Source: Nitrospirota bacterium (GTDB taxonomy: Bacteria; Nitrospirota; Nitrospiria; 2-01-FULL-66-17). From it: a stretch of 64,000 bases of DNA. Location: assembly GCA_040757335.1 (NCBI GenBank), contig JBFLXB010000003.1, forward strand, positions 53,899-117,898. The letters are read 5' to 3'. Numbering within the stretch: position 1 is the stretch's first letter; every line of letters begins with the position of its first letter. Of the stretch, positions 17,072 through 27,258 are shown piece by piece. The position numbers and the translations under genes were made by a program. Below the pieces are notes generated by a model. The model saw only the letters and a list, made by a program, of their open reading frames with translations, ran no database searches and was not told where the DNA came from.

Positions 17072-18010
17072 CTATGGCTGCCACAAGTACAGAAAGCCGG
17101 GCTGCCCTGCGGGCCAGAGGTCGAGGTCGATGTTCACGACCGGCGCGGCGTAGAGACTGCCCTTGTATTCACCCGGCCTGGTGTAGGTCACCACCACGGC
17201 CGAATCGAGGCCCGCGGCTTCGCGCAGCCCGGCGACGGCGTCGTCCAGGTATCCGATTTCGTCCACGAGCCCGGCGGTTTTTGCTTGCTCAGCGGTGTAG
17301 ATCCGGCCGTCCGCGAGCTCAAGGACGCGATCGCGAGCGAGAGAGGGGCGACCGGCGGTTACCGCGTCGACGAAGCGCAGGTATAAGTCGTCGATGACGG
17401 TCTGGAACAGGGCGCGCTCGTCATCGTCGAGCGGATGGAACGGGGAACCCATCCCCTTGTACGGGCCGGACGTGATCTCCGCCGTCTCCACCCCGATCTT
17501 TCCCAGGAGCCCGCTGAACGACGGCCTGACCATGATCACGCCGATGCTGCCTGTGACGGTCGTGGGTTGGGCCACGATTCGGTCCGCGGCTTGGGCGATG
17601 TAGTACGCCCCGGACGTCCCGAGATCCAGAATATGCGCGACCATGGGCACCCGCGCGCGCTGCTTGTAGGCGAGCAGCTCATGGTAGAGCGTGTCTGACG
17701 CGGTGACCGTCCCGCCGGGACTGTTGATGCGGAGAATGACGCCCTTGACGCGCGAATCTTTTTCGGCCTTGCGGACGATCTCCGCAACCTCGGACACGAG
17801 GCTCGGCCGCGTGTCTCCCAACACCGCGTTGCCGCGCTGTTGACCGGAAAGAAAGCCCGCAATCTCGACCAACAGCAGCTTGTTCTTGCCCTGACCGCTC
17901 AGGCGGGTTTCCTGCAACGGCTGGGGAACGGACCGGACATTCACCGTGATGCAGGCGGTGAGGGACAGGCCGAGCAGCAGGGCAACGGCGGTGGAAGTCC
18001 ATCGTGGCAT
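17072..18010 (-). CDS. sppA: signal peptide peptidase SppA (S49 family, 36K type)
   Basis: SGAYYIAQAADRIVAQPTTVTGSIGV contains the S49 catalytic Ser motif. Start at MPRWTSTAVALLLGLSLTAC (lipoprotein-like signal). Confidence 0.75.
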   Translation of the reverse strand: MPRWTSTAVALLLGLSLTACITVNVRSVPQPLQETRLSGQGKNKLLLVEIAGFLSGQQRGNAVLGDTRPSLVSEVAEIVRKAEKDSRVKGVILRINSPGGTVTASDTLYHELLAYKQRARVPMVAHILDLGTSGAYYIAQAADRIVAQPTTVTGSIGVIMVRPSFSGLLGKIGVETAEITSGPYKGMGSPFHPLDDDERALFQTVIDDLYLRFVDAVTAGRPSLARDRVLELADGRIYTAEQAKTAGLVDEIGYLDDAVAGLREAAGLDSAVVVTYTRPGEYKGSLYAAPVVNIDLDLWPAGQPGFLYLWQP

Positions 18011-18141
18011 GTCGATCCTCGCGAAATCGAAGAGGCATTCTACCGTGTCGGGTCGCCACATGCAACGGCTTGTCCCCTGATGACGCGACGGCACACGGGC
18101 GGTATCGCCCCCCGGGGTGAGCGCGGGTGGAGCGGGCCGGC

Positions 18142-18255
18142 TACTGGAGGAAATTGATGAGCAGACCGACGAGGCTGAGCGCGAGGATGACGAACCCTAA
18201 CCCCCGTTCAACGCTGGCGGAACCCGGCTGGCGGGCGGAATCCGTGGTCTTCATG
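18142..18255 (-). CDS. possible 37-aa hydrophobic small protein
   Basis: MKTTDSARQPGSASVERGLGFVILALSLVGLLINFLQ* lies in a 400-bp intergenic region. It has a single TM helix and no other support. Confidence 0.2.
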
Positions 18256-18434
18256 GAGCACCCTGATATGAACGTGTGGCGGTGAGTATAACGCGGGGAG
18301 GAGAAGTGTCAAAGGCGCAGAGAAAAGGCAAGAACGGGATAAGGTGGTTGCTTGCCCCGCGCGAATCGCGGGGCGGCGCCACCCGTAAGGTGAGAACCGC
18401 GATTTTGATCGCAAGCCCCTGGCTCGCTGCGGGT

Positions 18435-18463
18435 TTGACTTCATTTTGGGCGCACGTTACACT
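18435..18463 (+). promoter_or_regulatory. candidate sigma70 promoter (TTGACT-N17-TACACT) for uppS
   Basis: Hexamers at 18435-18440 and 18458-18463, about 35 nt upstream of the uppS ATG at 18497. Confidence 0.3.
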
Positions 18464-18496
18464 ACCGCTGCTCAAGCCCATGATGTCCGTCCAACG

Positions 18497-19285
18497 ATGA
18501 TGCCCACCTCGGTTGTCGGGCACGAATCCGACGAAGAGCTCAAATCCCTGGTGCTGCGCGGTCCCTTGCCCCGGCACGTGGCCATCATCATGGACGGCAA
18601 CGGTCGCTGGGCGGCGATGCGACACCTCCCGCGCGTCGCGGGACACCGAGAAGGGATCAAATCGGTCCGGGAAACCGTGACCGCCTGCCGCGAACTCGGG
18701 ATTTCTGCGCTCACCATTTATGCGTTTTCCGCAGAAAACTGGCGTCGCCCCACCTTCGAAGTGCAGGAGCTGATGCTGCTCCTGGAGCTGTATCTCCAGC
18801 GAGAGCTCGTCACGCTCATCGACAAGGACATCCGCTTTCGAACCATCGGGCGGATCGAGCGGCTGCCCGCCAGCGTGGTGGATTGGATTCGGCGGGTCGA
18901 ACACCAAACCGCCGCGTGCAGTGAGATGACCCTGACGTTGGCGCTCAGCTACAGCGGCCGCAGCGAGCTGGTGGATGCGGCGCGCCGCATGGTGGCGGAC
19001 GCCCAAGCCGGCGCGCTCGACCCGGCCACGATCGACGAAGACACGTTGGCTCGGTATCTGGATACGCGGGACGCTCAGGATCCCGACCTGGTCATTCGCA
19101 CCAGCGGCGAATACCGTATCAGTAACTTCCTGCTGTGGCAGATCGCCTATTCCGAACTGTACTTCACCAAGACATTGTGGCCGGACTTTCGTCGCCGCGA
19201 TCTGATGTTGGCGTTGCTGGATTATCAACGCCGTGAGCGGCGGTTTGGTCGCACGGGGGAGCAGCTCCAGGGGAGCACCGGGTGA
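18497..19285 (+). CDS. uppS: undecaprenyl diphosphate synthase
   Basis: HVAIIMDGNGRWA and the RTSGEYRISNFLLWQ motif. Confidence 0.85.
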   Translation: MMPTSVVGHESDEELKSLVLRGPLPRHVAIIMDGNGRWAAMRHLPRVAGHREGIKSVRETVTACRELGISALTIYAFSAENWRRPTFEVQELMLLLELYLQRELVTLIDKDIRFRTIGRIERLPASVVDWIRRVEHQTAACSEMTLTLALSYSGRSELVDAARRMVADAQAGALDPATIDEDTLARYLDTRDAQDPDLVIRTSGEYRISNFLLWQIAYSELYFTKTLWPDFRRRDLMLALLDYQRRERRFGRTGEQLQGSTG

Positions 19286-20142
19286 GGGAACACGCCGGGC
19301 GGGTGATTACCGCCCTCGTTGCCCTCCCGCTTGTGTACGGGGCCGTAGTCTGGCTGCCGGCCTGGGCGTTTGCCGTTCTGATAGGCGTCGTGGTGGTCGT
19401 GGCCCAGGTCGAATTGTACGCGATGGTTCTCCCGCTGGCCGACCGCAGTACGTGGCGCTCCGGCAGACTGCCGGTGTTCGCACTCGGGGTGCTCGGGGGT
19501 GTGGCGCTGACTGCGATCGTCGCCAGTCAAGGCGCGCGGGCGACCGCCTTGCCGATAGCGGCGACGGGGCTCGTGGCCGGGCTTGCGGTCACCGCCCTGG
19601 CATCTGGCCGCGATTTGCGGGTGGCTACCACGGACGCCGCGTTCGCGTTGTTCGGCGTCTGGTACGTGGCGTGGCTGCTCGGGCAGATCGTGTTGCTTCG
19701 AGGCGCCCCGCGCGGTGAGTGGCTGGTCTTGTTCGCGCTCTGGGTGACGTGGCTGGCGGACGCGGCCGCGTTCTACGTGGGACGTCTCTGGGGTCGGAGG
19801 CCGCTGGCGCCGCGGGTCAGTCCTCGCAAGACAGTTGAGGGCGCGGTCGCGGCGCTTGTCGGCGGCGTGTCGGCGGCGGTGCTCGGGGCCGCGTGGTTCG
19901 TGCCGGACTTCTCCCCGGGAGAAGCCGCGGTCTTGGGAGCGCTGATGGCTGCGGCGGGAATGGCCGGCGACCTGGTGGAATCGCTCATCAAGCGTGGAGC
20001 GGGCGTGAAGGATTCGGGCGGGCTCATCCCGTCGCACGGCGGCCTGCTCGACAAGATCGACGGCCTGTTGTTTACGGCTCCTCTCATCTATCATTACGTG
20101 GTGTGGGCGAAGGGATATGGAGGCGCCGGGGCCTCGCCCTGA
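19282..20142 (+). CDS. cdsA: phosphatidate cytidylyltransferase
   Basis: Multi-TM protein with the C-terminal CDS signature KRGAGVKDSGGLIPSHGGLLDKIDGLLF. GTG start overlaps the uppS stop. Confidence 0.8.
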   Translation: MREHAGRVITALVALPLVYGAVVWLPAWAFAVLIGVVVVVAQVELYAMVLPLADRSTWRSGRLPVFALGVLGGVALTAIVASQGARATALPIAATGLVAGLAVTALASGRDLRVATTDAAFALFGVWYVAWLLGQIVLLRGAPRGEWLVLFALWVTWLADAAAFYVGRLWGRRPLAPRVSPRKTVEGAVAALVGGVSAAVLGAAWFVPDFSPGEAAVLGALMAAAGMAGDLVESLIKRGAGVKDSGGLIPSHGGLLDKIDGLLFTAPLIYHYVVWAKGYGGAGASP

Positions 20143-20157
20143 GGACGCGACGACGCG

Positions 20158-21351
20158 ATGACGCGCAAGCGACTGACGATTCTCGGGTCGACCGGATCCA
20201 TTGGATGTGCCGCGCTCGATGTGGCGGCGTCGTTCCGCGACGAGTTCGAGGTGGTGGGGCTGGCCTCGGGTCGGGGCGGAGACGCCTTCGAACGCCAACT
20301 CCGGGCGTGGCGCCCCCAGCTGGCATCCGTCGCGTCGGCTGATGAAGCCGTGCGCCTACGCTCCCGGTGTGCTGATCTTCCGACCGAAATTCTGGGCGGC
20401 CGCGACGCGGCGGTGACTGTGGCGGCGTCCACCGACGCCGATGTGGTGGTGTCCGCGATCGTCGGCGCGGCCGGACTCCTTCCCACGTTGGCCGCGATTC
20501 GTGCGGGTCGGACGGTGGCGCTGGCGAACAAGGAGACGATGGTGATGGCCGGCGCCCTGGTCACGGCCGAGGCCGTACGTTGCAACGTATCCATTCTGCC
20601 GGTGGACAGCGAGCACAACGCGATCTTTCAAGTTTTGGCCGGGCATCGCCGCGACGACGTCAGACGGCTGATCCTGACCGCTTCGGGCGGGCCGTTTTGG
20701 GACTTGCCCAGCGATCGGCTGTCACGGGTGACGCGCGAGGACGCGCTCCGGCACCCCACGTGGTCGATGGGTCCGAAGATCACGATCGACTCGGCCACGC
20801 TCATGAACAAAGGCCTGGAAGTGATCGAGGCGCACTGGTTGTTCGGAATCCCCGCGGAGCGGATCGACGTGGTGGTCCATCGACAGAGCGTGGTGCATTC
20901 GATGGTCGAATACCGCGACGGGTCGATTCTCGCCCAGATGGGCCCGGCCGATATGCGCGGGCCCATCGCCTATGCGTTGAGTTATCCGAGGCGGCTGCCG
21001 CTGCCGGTGCCCGCGCTCGACGTGGTGGCGCGCGGTGCGCTGACGTTCGAGCCGCCGGATCTGGTCAGGTTCCCGTGCCTAGGGCACGGATACGCGGCGC
21101 TCAAGGCGGGTGGCACCGCACCCGCGACGCTCAACGCCGCCAACGAGGAGGCCGTGGCCGCGTTCCTGGAGGGGCGGATCGACTATGTGCGAATCGCCGA
21201 CACGATCGACCGGGTGTTGAACGCGACGGCCGGTGGTTCGGCGGCCACGGTCGACGACGTGTTGGAGGCCGACGCCGCGGCGCGCCGCATCGCGCGCCGC
21301 GCCCTGGGAACGGCGCCCGCGGAATCGCTGGTCTCCAGCGGCGCCGGATAA
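20158..21351 (+). CDS. dxr: 1-deoxy-D-xylulose 5-phosphate reductoisomerase
   Basis: LTILGSTGSIGCAALDV is the NADPH-binding motif. Conserved Dxr catalytic region follows. Confidence 0.9.
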   Translation: MTRKRLTILGSTGSIGCAALDVAASFRDEFEVVGLASGRGGDAFERQLRAWRPQLASVASADEAVRLRSRCADLPTEILGGRDAAVTVAASTDADVVVSAIVGAAGLLPTLAAIRAGRTVALANKETMVMAGALVTAEAVRCNVSILPVDSEHNAIFQVLAGHRRDDVRRLILTASGGPFWDLPSDRLSRVTREDALRHPTWSMGPKITIDSATLMNKGLEVIEAHWLFGIPAERIDVVVHRQSVVHSMVEYRDGSILAQMGPADMRGPIAYALSYPRRLPLPVPALDVVARGALTFEPPDLVRFPCLGHGYAALKAGGTAPATLNAANEEAVAAFLEGRIDYVRIADTIDRVLNATAGGSAATVDDVLEADAAARRIARRALGTAPAESLVSSGAG

Positions 21352-21364
21352 TGTGAGGTGATGA

Positions 21365-22666
21365 ATGATTGACACGGTGTTGGTGTTTCTGGTTGTCCTG
21401 GGGTTTTTAATCTTCGTCCACGAGCTGGGCCATTTTCTGGTTGCGCGCTGGACGGGGGTGCGCGTGTTGCGCTTCTCGCTCGGCTTCGGTCCCAAGATCT
21501 ACAGCCGGCAGGTGGGCGACACCGAATACATGATTTCGGCGATTCCGCTGGGGGGATACGTCAAAATGGCGGGCGACGACCCCACGCAGGAGACTCCCAA
21601 ACAACCGGACGAGTTCTCCGCCCGCACCTTGGGAGAACGCACGCGCATCGTTCTCGCCGGTCCCGTGATGAACATCTTGGTCGCGTTCCTGTTGATGCCC
21701 GTGGTGTACCTGATCGGGACCCAGGTTCCGGCCTTCTTGGAACAGCCGCCGGTCGTGGGGTGGGTGGAAGAGGACTCTCCTGCGCAGACCGCGGAGTTTG
21801 AAGCCGGGGACCGGATCGTGTCCATCGGCGGAACCGACGTACCCACGTGGGAGGCTGCGGTTTCCCAACTCGTGCGCAACCCCGAACAGGCGGTGGACGT
21901 CGTGGTGGAGCGCGGCGATCAGCGACTCACCTTGCCGATCACCGTGCCCGCGCAGTTCGAGAAGGGCGCAGGCACGCTGGGATTCCTCCCGGAGAAACCG
22001 CCGGTGGTGGGGATGGTCAGCCCCGGCATGCCCGCGGCCGTGGCTGGGCTCAAGCCGGGCGATGAAATCGTCTCGCTCAACGGCGAGCCGATTCATAACT
22101 GGTATCAGATGTCCGCCGCGATCCAGAAGAACCAAGGTACCCAGATGACACTGGGGTACCGGCGCGACGGCGTCGAGTCCACGGTGGAACTTACTCCCGC
22201 CATGGACGACGTCTCTGATCGGTGGGTCATCGGGATCGGGGGGAAAGACGCGACGCTGGTGCGCCAGTACGGGTTCGGCGAAGCCGTGGTCAAGGGCACG
22301 GAAAAGATGTGGGAGCTCACCGGCCTCACGTTCCAAGTGCTCGGACAGCTGTTCACGGGGAATCTGTCGATCAAGGCGTTGGGCGGCCCGATCATGATCG
22401 CGCAGGTCACGGGTGAGGCCGCGGACTCCGGGTTTACCGACGTGATACGGCTGGTGGCCTTCATCAGCCTTCAACTGGGCATCATGAACCTATTGCCCAT
22501 CCCGGTGCTGGATGGTGGGTGGCTGGTGTTTTTCTTGATCGAGGCGATCCTGGGACACCCGCTGAATCGCCGCGGGTTGGAGATCGCCCAAACAGTGGGG
22601 ATGGTATTGCTAATCACTCTCGCACTGGTCGTGTCGTATAACGACATAATGAGGATTATTGGGTAA
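21365..22666 (+). CDS. rseP: RIP zinc metalloprotease RseP (site-2 protease) with PDZ domains
   Basis: HELGHFLVARW HExxH motif in TM1, two PDZ domains, and a C-terminal LDGG motif. Confidence 0.85.
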   Translation: MIDTVLVFLVVLGFLIFVHELGHFLVARWTGVRVLRFSLGFGPKIYSRQVGDTEYMISAIPLGGYVKMAGDDPTQETPKQPDEFSARTLGERTRIVLAGPVMNILVAFLLMPVVYLIGTQVPAFLEQPPVVGWVEEDSPAQTAEFEAGDRIVSIGGTDVPTWEAAVSQLVRNPEQAVDVVVERGDQRLTLPITVPAQFEKGAGTLGFLPEKPPVVGMVSPGMPAAVAGLKPGDEIVSLNGEPIHNWYQMSAAIQKNQGTQMTLGYRRDGVESTVELTPAMDDVSDRWVIGIGGKDATLVRQYGFGEAVVKGTEKMWELTGLTFQVLGQLFTGNLSIKALGGPIMIAQVTGEAADSGFTDVIRLVAFISLQLGIMNLLPIPVLDGGWLVFFLIEAILGHPLNRRGLEIAQTVGMVLLITLALVVSYNDIMRIIG

Positions 22667-22784
22667 GCCTGTCCATGAACGGCCATCTGCTGCGTTGCCG
22701 CTGCGCTTCCGGTGCTCACGTACAACTCAGTACGCTGCGCTCCGGTTCTCGCGGCGCCTTGCATCTGACCGTTCCTGAACAGGC
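22667..22784. repeat. interspersed ~118-bp TIR-bearing repeat, copy B (plus orientation)
   Basis: gcctgtccatgaacgg...ccgttcctgaacaggc form 16-bp terminal inverted repeats. The internal sequence aligns to the other copies. Confidence 0.8.
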
Positions 22785-22799
22785 TAAGGGCCAACGTCA

Positions 22800-23903
22800 G
22801 TGAACATCGTGAGGCGCAAGACCAGACAAATTCACGTCGGCAATGTCGCCATCGGCGGGGATGCGCCGATTTCGGTGCAGTCCATGACCACGACCGAGAC
22901 GTGGCAGATCGACAAGACCGTGGCGCAGATCGCGGAGCTGGAGCGCGCCGGGTGCGAGATCGTGCGGGTGGCGGTGCCGGACGTGCCCTCGGCCGAAGCG
23001 CTGCCGGAGATTCGCCGGCAGACCGCGCTGCCGCTGATCGCGGACGTGCACTTCGACTACAAGCTCGGGCTCAAGGCCCTGGACGCGGGGGTGGATTGCC
23101 TGCGCATCAACCCCGGGAACATCGGGGATCGCGACAAGGTCGAACGGGTGGTGAAGGCCGCCAAGGAGCGGCGCACGCCGATCCGCATCGGCGTGAACGC
23201 GGGCTCACTCGAGCGCGAATTGCTCGACAAGTACGGCTATCCCACTCCGGATGCGATGGTGGAGTCGGCGCTGGCGCACATCCGCATCCTCGAGGAGCTC
23301 GACTTTCACGACATCAAGGTCTCGCTCAAAGCCTCGAACGTGGGTCTCGCGGTCGCCGCGTATCGCGCGTTCTCCCTGGTCAGCGACTACCCGCTGCACC
23401 TGGGCATTACCGAAGCGGGCACGACGTTCTCCGGCGGCATCAAGTCCGCGGCCGGGTTGAGCATTCTCTTGGCCCAGGGGATCGGCGATACGATTCGCGT
23501 GTCGCTCGCAGCCGATCCGGTCGAAGAAGTCAAAACCGGGTTCGAGATTCTGAAAGCGCTCGAGCTCCGGCGGCGCGGCGTCAACGTGGTGGCCTGCCCC
23601 ACCTGCGGGCGGCTGGAGATCGACGTGATCCGCATGGCCAATGAGGTCGAGCGTCGTCTCGCACACGTCAAGGAACCGTTGACCGTGTCGATCCTCGGCT
23701 GCGTGGTGAACGGGATCGGTGAAGGCAAGGAAGCGGACATCGGCATCGCGGGCGGCCGCGGCGTCGGCTTGCTGTTCAAACACGGCGAGATCGTACGCAA
23801 GGTGCCGGAGTCCGAGCTGTTCGAGGTGCTGCTCAAAGAAATCGACGCCATGCTGGCGGAACGCGGAGAGCCGCAGCCCGCCAGCCTGCCTCTTCATTCG
23901 TAG
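22800..23903 (+). CDS. ispG: 4-hydroxy-3-methylbut-2-enyl diphosphate synthase
   Basis: GcpE family, with [18 protein letters not shown] and the C-terminal CPTCGR...GCVVNG [4Fe-4S] ligands. Confidence 0.9.
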   Translation: MNIVRRKTRQIHVGNVAIGGDAPISVQSMTTTETWQIDKTVAQIAELERAGCEIVRVAVPDVPSAEALPEIRRQTALPLIADVHFDYKLGLKALDAGVDCLRINPGNIGDRDKVERVVKAAKERRTPIRIGVNAGSLERELLDKYGYPTPDAMVESALAHIRILEELDFHDIKVSLKASNVGLAVAAYRAFSLVSDYPLHLGITEAGTTFSGGIKSAAGLSILLAQGIGDTIRVSLAADPVEEVKTGFEILKALELRRRGVNVVACPTCGRLEIDVIRMANEVERRLAHVKEPLTVSILGCVVNGIGEGKEADIGIAGGRGVGLLFKHGEIVRKVPESELFEVLLKEIDAMLAERGEPQPASLPLHS

Positions 23904-23938
23904 GGCGGGTTTGACCCCGCTCCGACGAACGTAGTCCC

Positions 23939-25654
23939 ATGCGGTATTCCACCCTGCTGATTCCCACGCTGCGCGAGGACCCCGGCGAGGCCGAGACCGT
24001 CAGCCACCGGCTGCTGCTGCGCGCCGGGATGATCCGCAAGGTCGCGGCCGGGATCTACAATTTCCTGCCGCTCGGGTTGCGCGTGCTCAAGCAGGTGGAG
24101 CGCATCGTGCGCGAAGAGATGAACCGTGCTGGCGCGCAAGAGATCCTGATGCCGTTCGTGCAACCCGCCGAGTTGTGGCAGGAGACCGGACGGTGGGGCC
24201 AGTACGGGAAAGAGCTCGCCAGGCTCAAGGACCGGCACGACCGCGACTTCTGCCTGGGCCCCACGCACGAGGAGGTCGTGACCGACCTGGTGCGCCGAGA
24301 GGTCAAGTCCTACCGACAGTTGCCGATCACGCTCTACCAGATCCAGTCGAAGTTTCGCGACGAGGTTCGCCCGCGCTTCGGCCTGATGCGCGCGCGCGAG
24401 TTCCTGATGAAGGACGCGTACAGCTTCGACCGAGACGATGAAGGGAGCAAGAAGAGCTATGACGCGATGTTCCAGGCGTATTCGCGGATTTTTGCGCGCT
24501 GCGGGCTCACGTTCAAAGCCGTCGAGGCCGACGCGGGATTGATCGGCGGCAGTTCGTCGCATGAGTTCATGGTGCTGGCGGAAACCGGGGAAGACGCGAT
24601 CGCGAGTTGCGATCGCTGCGGGTACGCGGCCAACCTGGAACGCGCCGAAGCCAAAGCCACGTCCGCTGCGGAGGTGCCCTCGCCGGCAACGGTTCCTTCG
24701 GCCAAAGAGGTGTCTACCCCGGGCAAACATACCGTGGCGGAGGTGGCGACGTTTCTCAACGTGCCGACCGAGCGTTTGGTCAAAACCATGCTCTACCAGG
24801 CCGGCGAGCAGATCGTCGCCGTGCTCATCCGCGGCGACCACGAGGCCAACGACGTCAAACTGAAACGCCATCTGAAGGTCGATCACGTCGCGCTCGCCTC
24901 TGATGCAGCGATCGCCCGGACGACCGGCGGCCCCAAGGGGTTTTCGGGCCCGGTGGGCCTTGGCGGAGTCAGGATCATTGCCGATCATGCGGCGGTGGTA
25001 CGCGACGCGGTGGTCGGAGCGAACAAGGCCGATGCGCACTTCGTGCACGTGGAGCCGTTTCGAGATTTTCAGATCGACGCGATCGCGGACCTGCGGAACG
25101 TGGTCGACGGTGACCCGTGCCCTCGGTGCGAGGCCGGGCGGCTGTCCATCTTCCGGGGAATCGAGGTCGGACACGTCTTTCGCCTCGGCACCAAGTACAC
25201 GGAGGCCATGAAGGCTATGTACTTGGATCAGGACGGCAAGGAGCGCGCCATCGTCATGGGCTGCTACGGCATCGGCGTGAGCCGCATCGCGGCCGCCGCA
25301 GTGGAGCAGAACCATGATGCCAAGGGCATTATCTGGCCCGCGCCGCTTTCTCCTTTTGCGGCGCATCTCATCCCGTTGAGCGACAAGCCGGCGGTGGTCG
25401 ACGCCACTGCACGCATCGAATCCATTCTGGCCGAAGCCGGCGTGGATGTGCTGATCGACGATCGGCCCGAGCGCCCGGGCGTGAAGTTCAACGACGCGGA
25501 TCTGATCGGCATATCACTCCACGTCGTGCTCGGCGACAAGTCGCTGGCCCAGGGCGAGGTCGAATTCAAAGAACGCCGCACCGGCAACGTCCGCAAGATC
25601 AAACTCGACGACGCAGCCGGCGCGATCGTCGCCTGGGCGAACGCTTCGCAATGA
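23939..25654 (+). CDS. proS: proline--tRNA ligase
   Basis: Class II aaRS motifs and a bacterial-type ProRS with an insertion (editing) domain. 571 aa. Confidence 0.9.
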   Translation: MRYSTLLIPTLREDPGEAETVSHRLLLRAGMIRKVAAGIYNFLPLGLRVLKQVERIVREEMNRAGAQEILMPFVQPAELWQETGRWGQYGKELARLKDRHDRDFCLGPTHEEVVTDLVRREVKSYRQLPITLYQIQSKFRDEVRPRFGLMRAREFLMKDAYSFDRDDEGSKKSYDAMFQAYSRIFARCGLTFKAVEADAGLIGGSSSHEFMVLAETGEDAIASCDRCGYAANLERAEAKATSAAEVPSPATVPSAKEVSTPGKHTVAEVATFLNVPTERLVKTMLYQAGEQIVAVLIRGDHEANDVKLKRHLKVDHVALASDAAIARTTGGPKGFSGPVGLGGVRIIADHAAVVRDAVVGANKADAHFVHVEPFRDFQIDAIADLRNVVDGDPCPRCEAGRLSIFRGIEVGHVFRLGTKYTEAMKAMYLDQDGKERAIVMGCYGIGVSRIAAAAVEQNHDAKGIIWPAPLSPFAAHLIPLSDKPAVVDATARIESILAEAGVDVLIDDRPERPGVKFNDADLIGISLHVVLGDKSLAQGEVEFKERRTGNVRKIKLDDAAGAIVAWANASQ

Positions 25655-25702
25655 CCCGGCGCCCGGCTCGCTGGCGTTTGCGCGGTTTCGCAACGAACGT
25701 TC

Positions 25703-26620
25703 ATGAATAATCCGGGCTGGACGCTCGCGCGGCCCATGTCCACGGCGCGGTCGCACTGCGCGGCTGCGGTTTACAGCGATCGCATCTATGTCTTCGGCGG
25801 CGGCGGCCAAGCCTTTGCCGCGCTCAAGACCGCCGAATGTTACGACCCCGCCAAGGACACGTGGACGCCGATCGCGACCATGCCCACCGCGCGATCAGGC
25901 ATCGTCGCCGTGCCATTCCAGAACCGCATCTACGTCATGGGCGGCGGTTTCAAGAAACCCGACGGCACGTTCCAGTTCCTCACGGTGGTCGAGATCTACG
26001 ATCCCGGAAAAGACTCCTGGACCAAAGGCCCCGACCTCCAACGCCGCCACGACGCCCCGGCCGCAACGGTCATGGGCGGACGGATCTACCTGGTCGGCGG
26101 CCACCTGCCGGACACACCGGGCGGCCCGTTGACCGATCCTGCGTTTAATTTCTTCGAGGTGTTCGACGTTGTCAACGGCCGCTGGCTCGAACTCTCCCCC
26201 ATGCCGACGCCCCGTTTCTCCCTTGCTCTAGTTCCGTGGGAAGGTAAGTTGCTTGCGATGGGCGGCGGTGCTTTTCGCGACAACACGTTCCGTAACTTCG
26301 ACGTGATTGAAGCCTACAACCCAGCCAAAGGCGCTTGGGAAACCTCAGACATCAGCCCGCTCCCATGGCCCACCGCCGGGGTGGCTGCCGTGCTGGTCAA
26401 TGATTCGATCTACGTCTTCGGCGGCAACGACGGTATCGGCATTCAGCCCAAAGCTGCTCGCTACACACGCGATGCCGGCTGGACCATGCTGCCGCCAATG
26501 CCCGAACCCCGGGCCGCAGCCGCTGCGGTGACCCTCTGCAGCGCCATCTACCTCATCGGTGGTCGCGCCGCTGACGGGAGGACGCCGTCGGATACGCTCA
26601 TGGCTTTCCGGAACCCCTAA
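25703..26620 (+). CDS. Kelch-repeat beta-propeller protein
   Basis: Six repeats of the (R)IYV(F/M)GG...W pattern. Confidence 0.6.
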   Translation: MNNPGWTLARPMSTARSHCAAAVYSDRIYVFGGGGQAFAALKTAECYDPAKDTWTPIATMPTARSGIVAVPFQNRIYVMGGGFKKPDGTFQFLTVVEIYDPGKDSWTKGPDLQRRHDAPAATVMGGRIYLVGGHLPDTPGGPLTDPAFNFFEVFDVVNGRWLELSPMPTPRFSLALVPWEGKLLAMGGGAFRDNTFRNFDVIEAYNPAKGAWETSDISPLPWPTAGVAAVLVNDSIYVFGGNDGIGIQPKAARYTRDAGWTMLPPMPEPRAAAAAVTLCSAIYLIGGRAADGRTPSDTLMAFRNP

Positions 26621-26640
26621 TCTGGACGATTTGTTTTCTG

Positions 26641-26856
26641 CTAACGAAAATCTGCTCGGTCGATTCCCGCCTGTTTGAGGATTGAGAGGAGGGTGCCTTT
26701 CGGGAGATCGCCGCGGTGAAAGGGCACGGTCACCCGGCGTTTTGTAGTGGGGTGGTAGTACAGGCGATGGCTTCCGGACGAGTGGTCCAGGATGAAGCCG
26801 TGACGTTCGAGGATTTTGATAACCTGTTGCGACGTCAGCGTCGGCAGCTTAGGCAT
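26641..26856 (-). CDS. hicA: HicA-family mRNA interferase toxin
   Basis: 71 aa. VIKILERHGFILDHSSGSHRLYYHP is YcfA/HicA-like. Confidence 0.75.
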   Translation of the reverse strand: MPKLPTLTSQQVIKILERHGFILDHSSGSHRLYYHPTTKRRVTVPFHRGDLPKGTLLSILKQAGIDRADFR

Positions 26857-27115
26857 ACCGGACGCGTAGCGTGCTTTCCAAGACCTCCGAATCGTCTGGG
26901 ATGGGTTCCCCGTGTTTTTTCAGGCTCTGCAGATACACCGCGATGGCGTCGGAGGCCATTAAGCGAGCGTCCTCGACCGTTTCGCCATACGTCACGCACC
27001 CCGGAAGTGAAGGGACAAGTACGGTGTATCCCCCCTCAGGCTCCGGCCGCAGCAGGATGCGGTAGGACAACTCTTTCTTAAGAACGGGTGCCGCTTTACG
27101 TCGTTTAGTCGCCAT
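26849..27115 (-). CDS. hicB: HicB-family antitoxin (UPF0150)
   Basis: 88 aa. YRILLRPEPEGGYTVLVPSLPGCVTYGETVEDA. Overlaps hicA by 8 nt. Confidence 0.7.
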   Translation of the reverse strand: MATKRRKAAPVLKKELSYRILLRPEPEGGYTVLVPSLPGCVTYGETVEDARLMASDAIAVYLQSLKKHGEPIPDDSEVLESTLRVRYA

Positions 27116-27258
27116 GCCTTGGGTTTGGAGCGTCTTTCGCCGCGATATTCCTTGCCAGCGTGCTTTTGATCGTAGCGGATCGCGTCAGATGCGGTCAAGT
27201 GCGGACTTCGTTTCGGGGTGGGCTTGCATTGCCACATGGGCCGCGATAGATTCGGTCC

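Noticed and set aside
22471-22794. Small ORFs starting MQGAA.../MQGGASART... at 22471-22794, 39342-39524, 42282-42488 and 52033+
   Set aside because: They are translations of the interspersed 118-bp repeat. The apparent peptide similarity is an artefact of the DNA repeat.
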